Source: Andalucia godoyi And28
Taxonomy: Eukaryota; Protista; Jakobida
Direction of reading: 5' to 3'
Assembly: GCA_009859145.1 (NCBI GenBank)
Contig: VRVR01000001.1
Coordinates: 140,463 to 204,462 of the forward strand
Length of the DNA stretch: 64,000 nucleotides
Part shown: positions 63,992-64,000 of the stretch, one piece after another
Numbering within the stretch: the first letter of the stretch is position 1
How the letters are laid out: each line of letters opens with the position of its first letter
Translations under genes and position numbers: made by a program
The notes under the pieces: generated by a model
Databases searched by the model: none
What the model saw: the letters and a program-made list of their open reading frames with translations, nothing else
What the model was told of the DNA's origin: nothing

Positions 63992-64000
63992 CTCAAACCT

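Overview
This is eukaryotic nuclear DNA from a compact, intron-poor, flagellated protist using the standard genetic code; the taxon cannot be determined from the sequence. About 30 mostly housekeeping genes are present, including an ATM1/HMT1-type ABCB transporter (partial), Rpn9, CFAP100, a MAPKK, CDK7, FNTA, RAD51D, ribokinase, mitochondrial ValRS, Ctf4/AND-1, a Y-family polymerase, PFDN5, a bacterial-type PEPC and a TTLL, plus tRNA-Ala(UGC). Short spliceosomal introns with GTATGT donors and microsatellites are common. The main result is intergenic: at least six, possibly seven, loci derive from Fanzor (eukaryotic TnpB-like RNA-guided nuclease) elements. (1) An IS607/Fanzor2-like family has a decayed nuclease gene (1568-1885, minus) and two ~98% identical ~450-bp non-autonomous cassettes (6314-6763 plus; 18886-19337 minus). 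Each cassette has a TATA box, a TnpA-like stub and a 3' RNA whose stems covary with the RNA behind the decayed gene, consistent with an omegaRNA scaffold. (2) A Fanzor1-like family has a C-terminal remnant with a structured tail (57426-57755) and two further copies of that tail (60582-60785, 62163-62320). No intact nuclease gene is in the window. All family assignments come from manual motif reading, not database searches.
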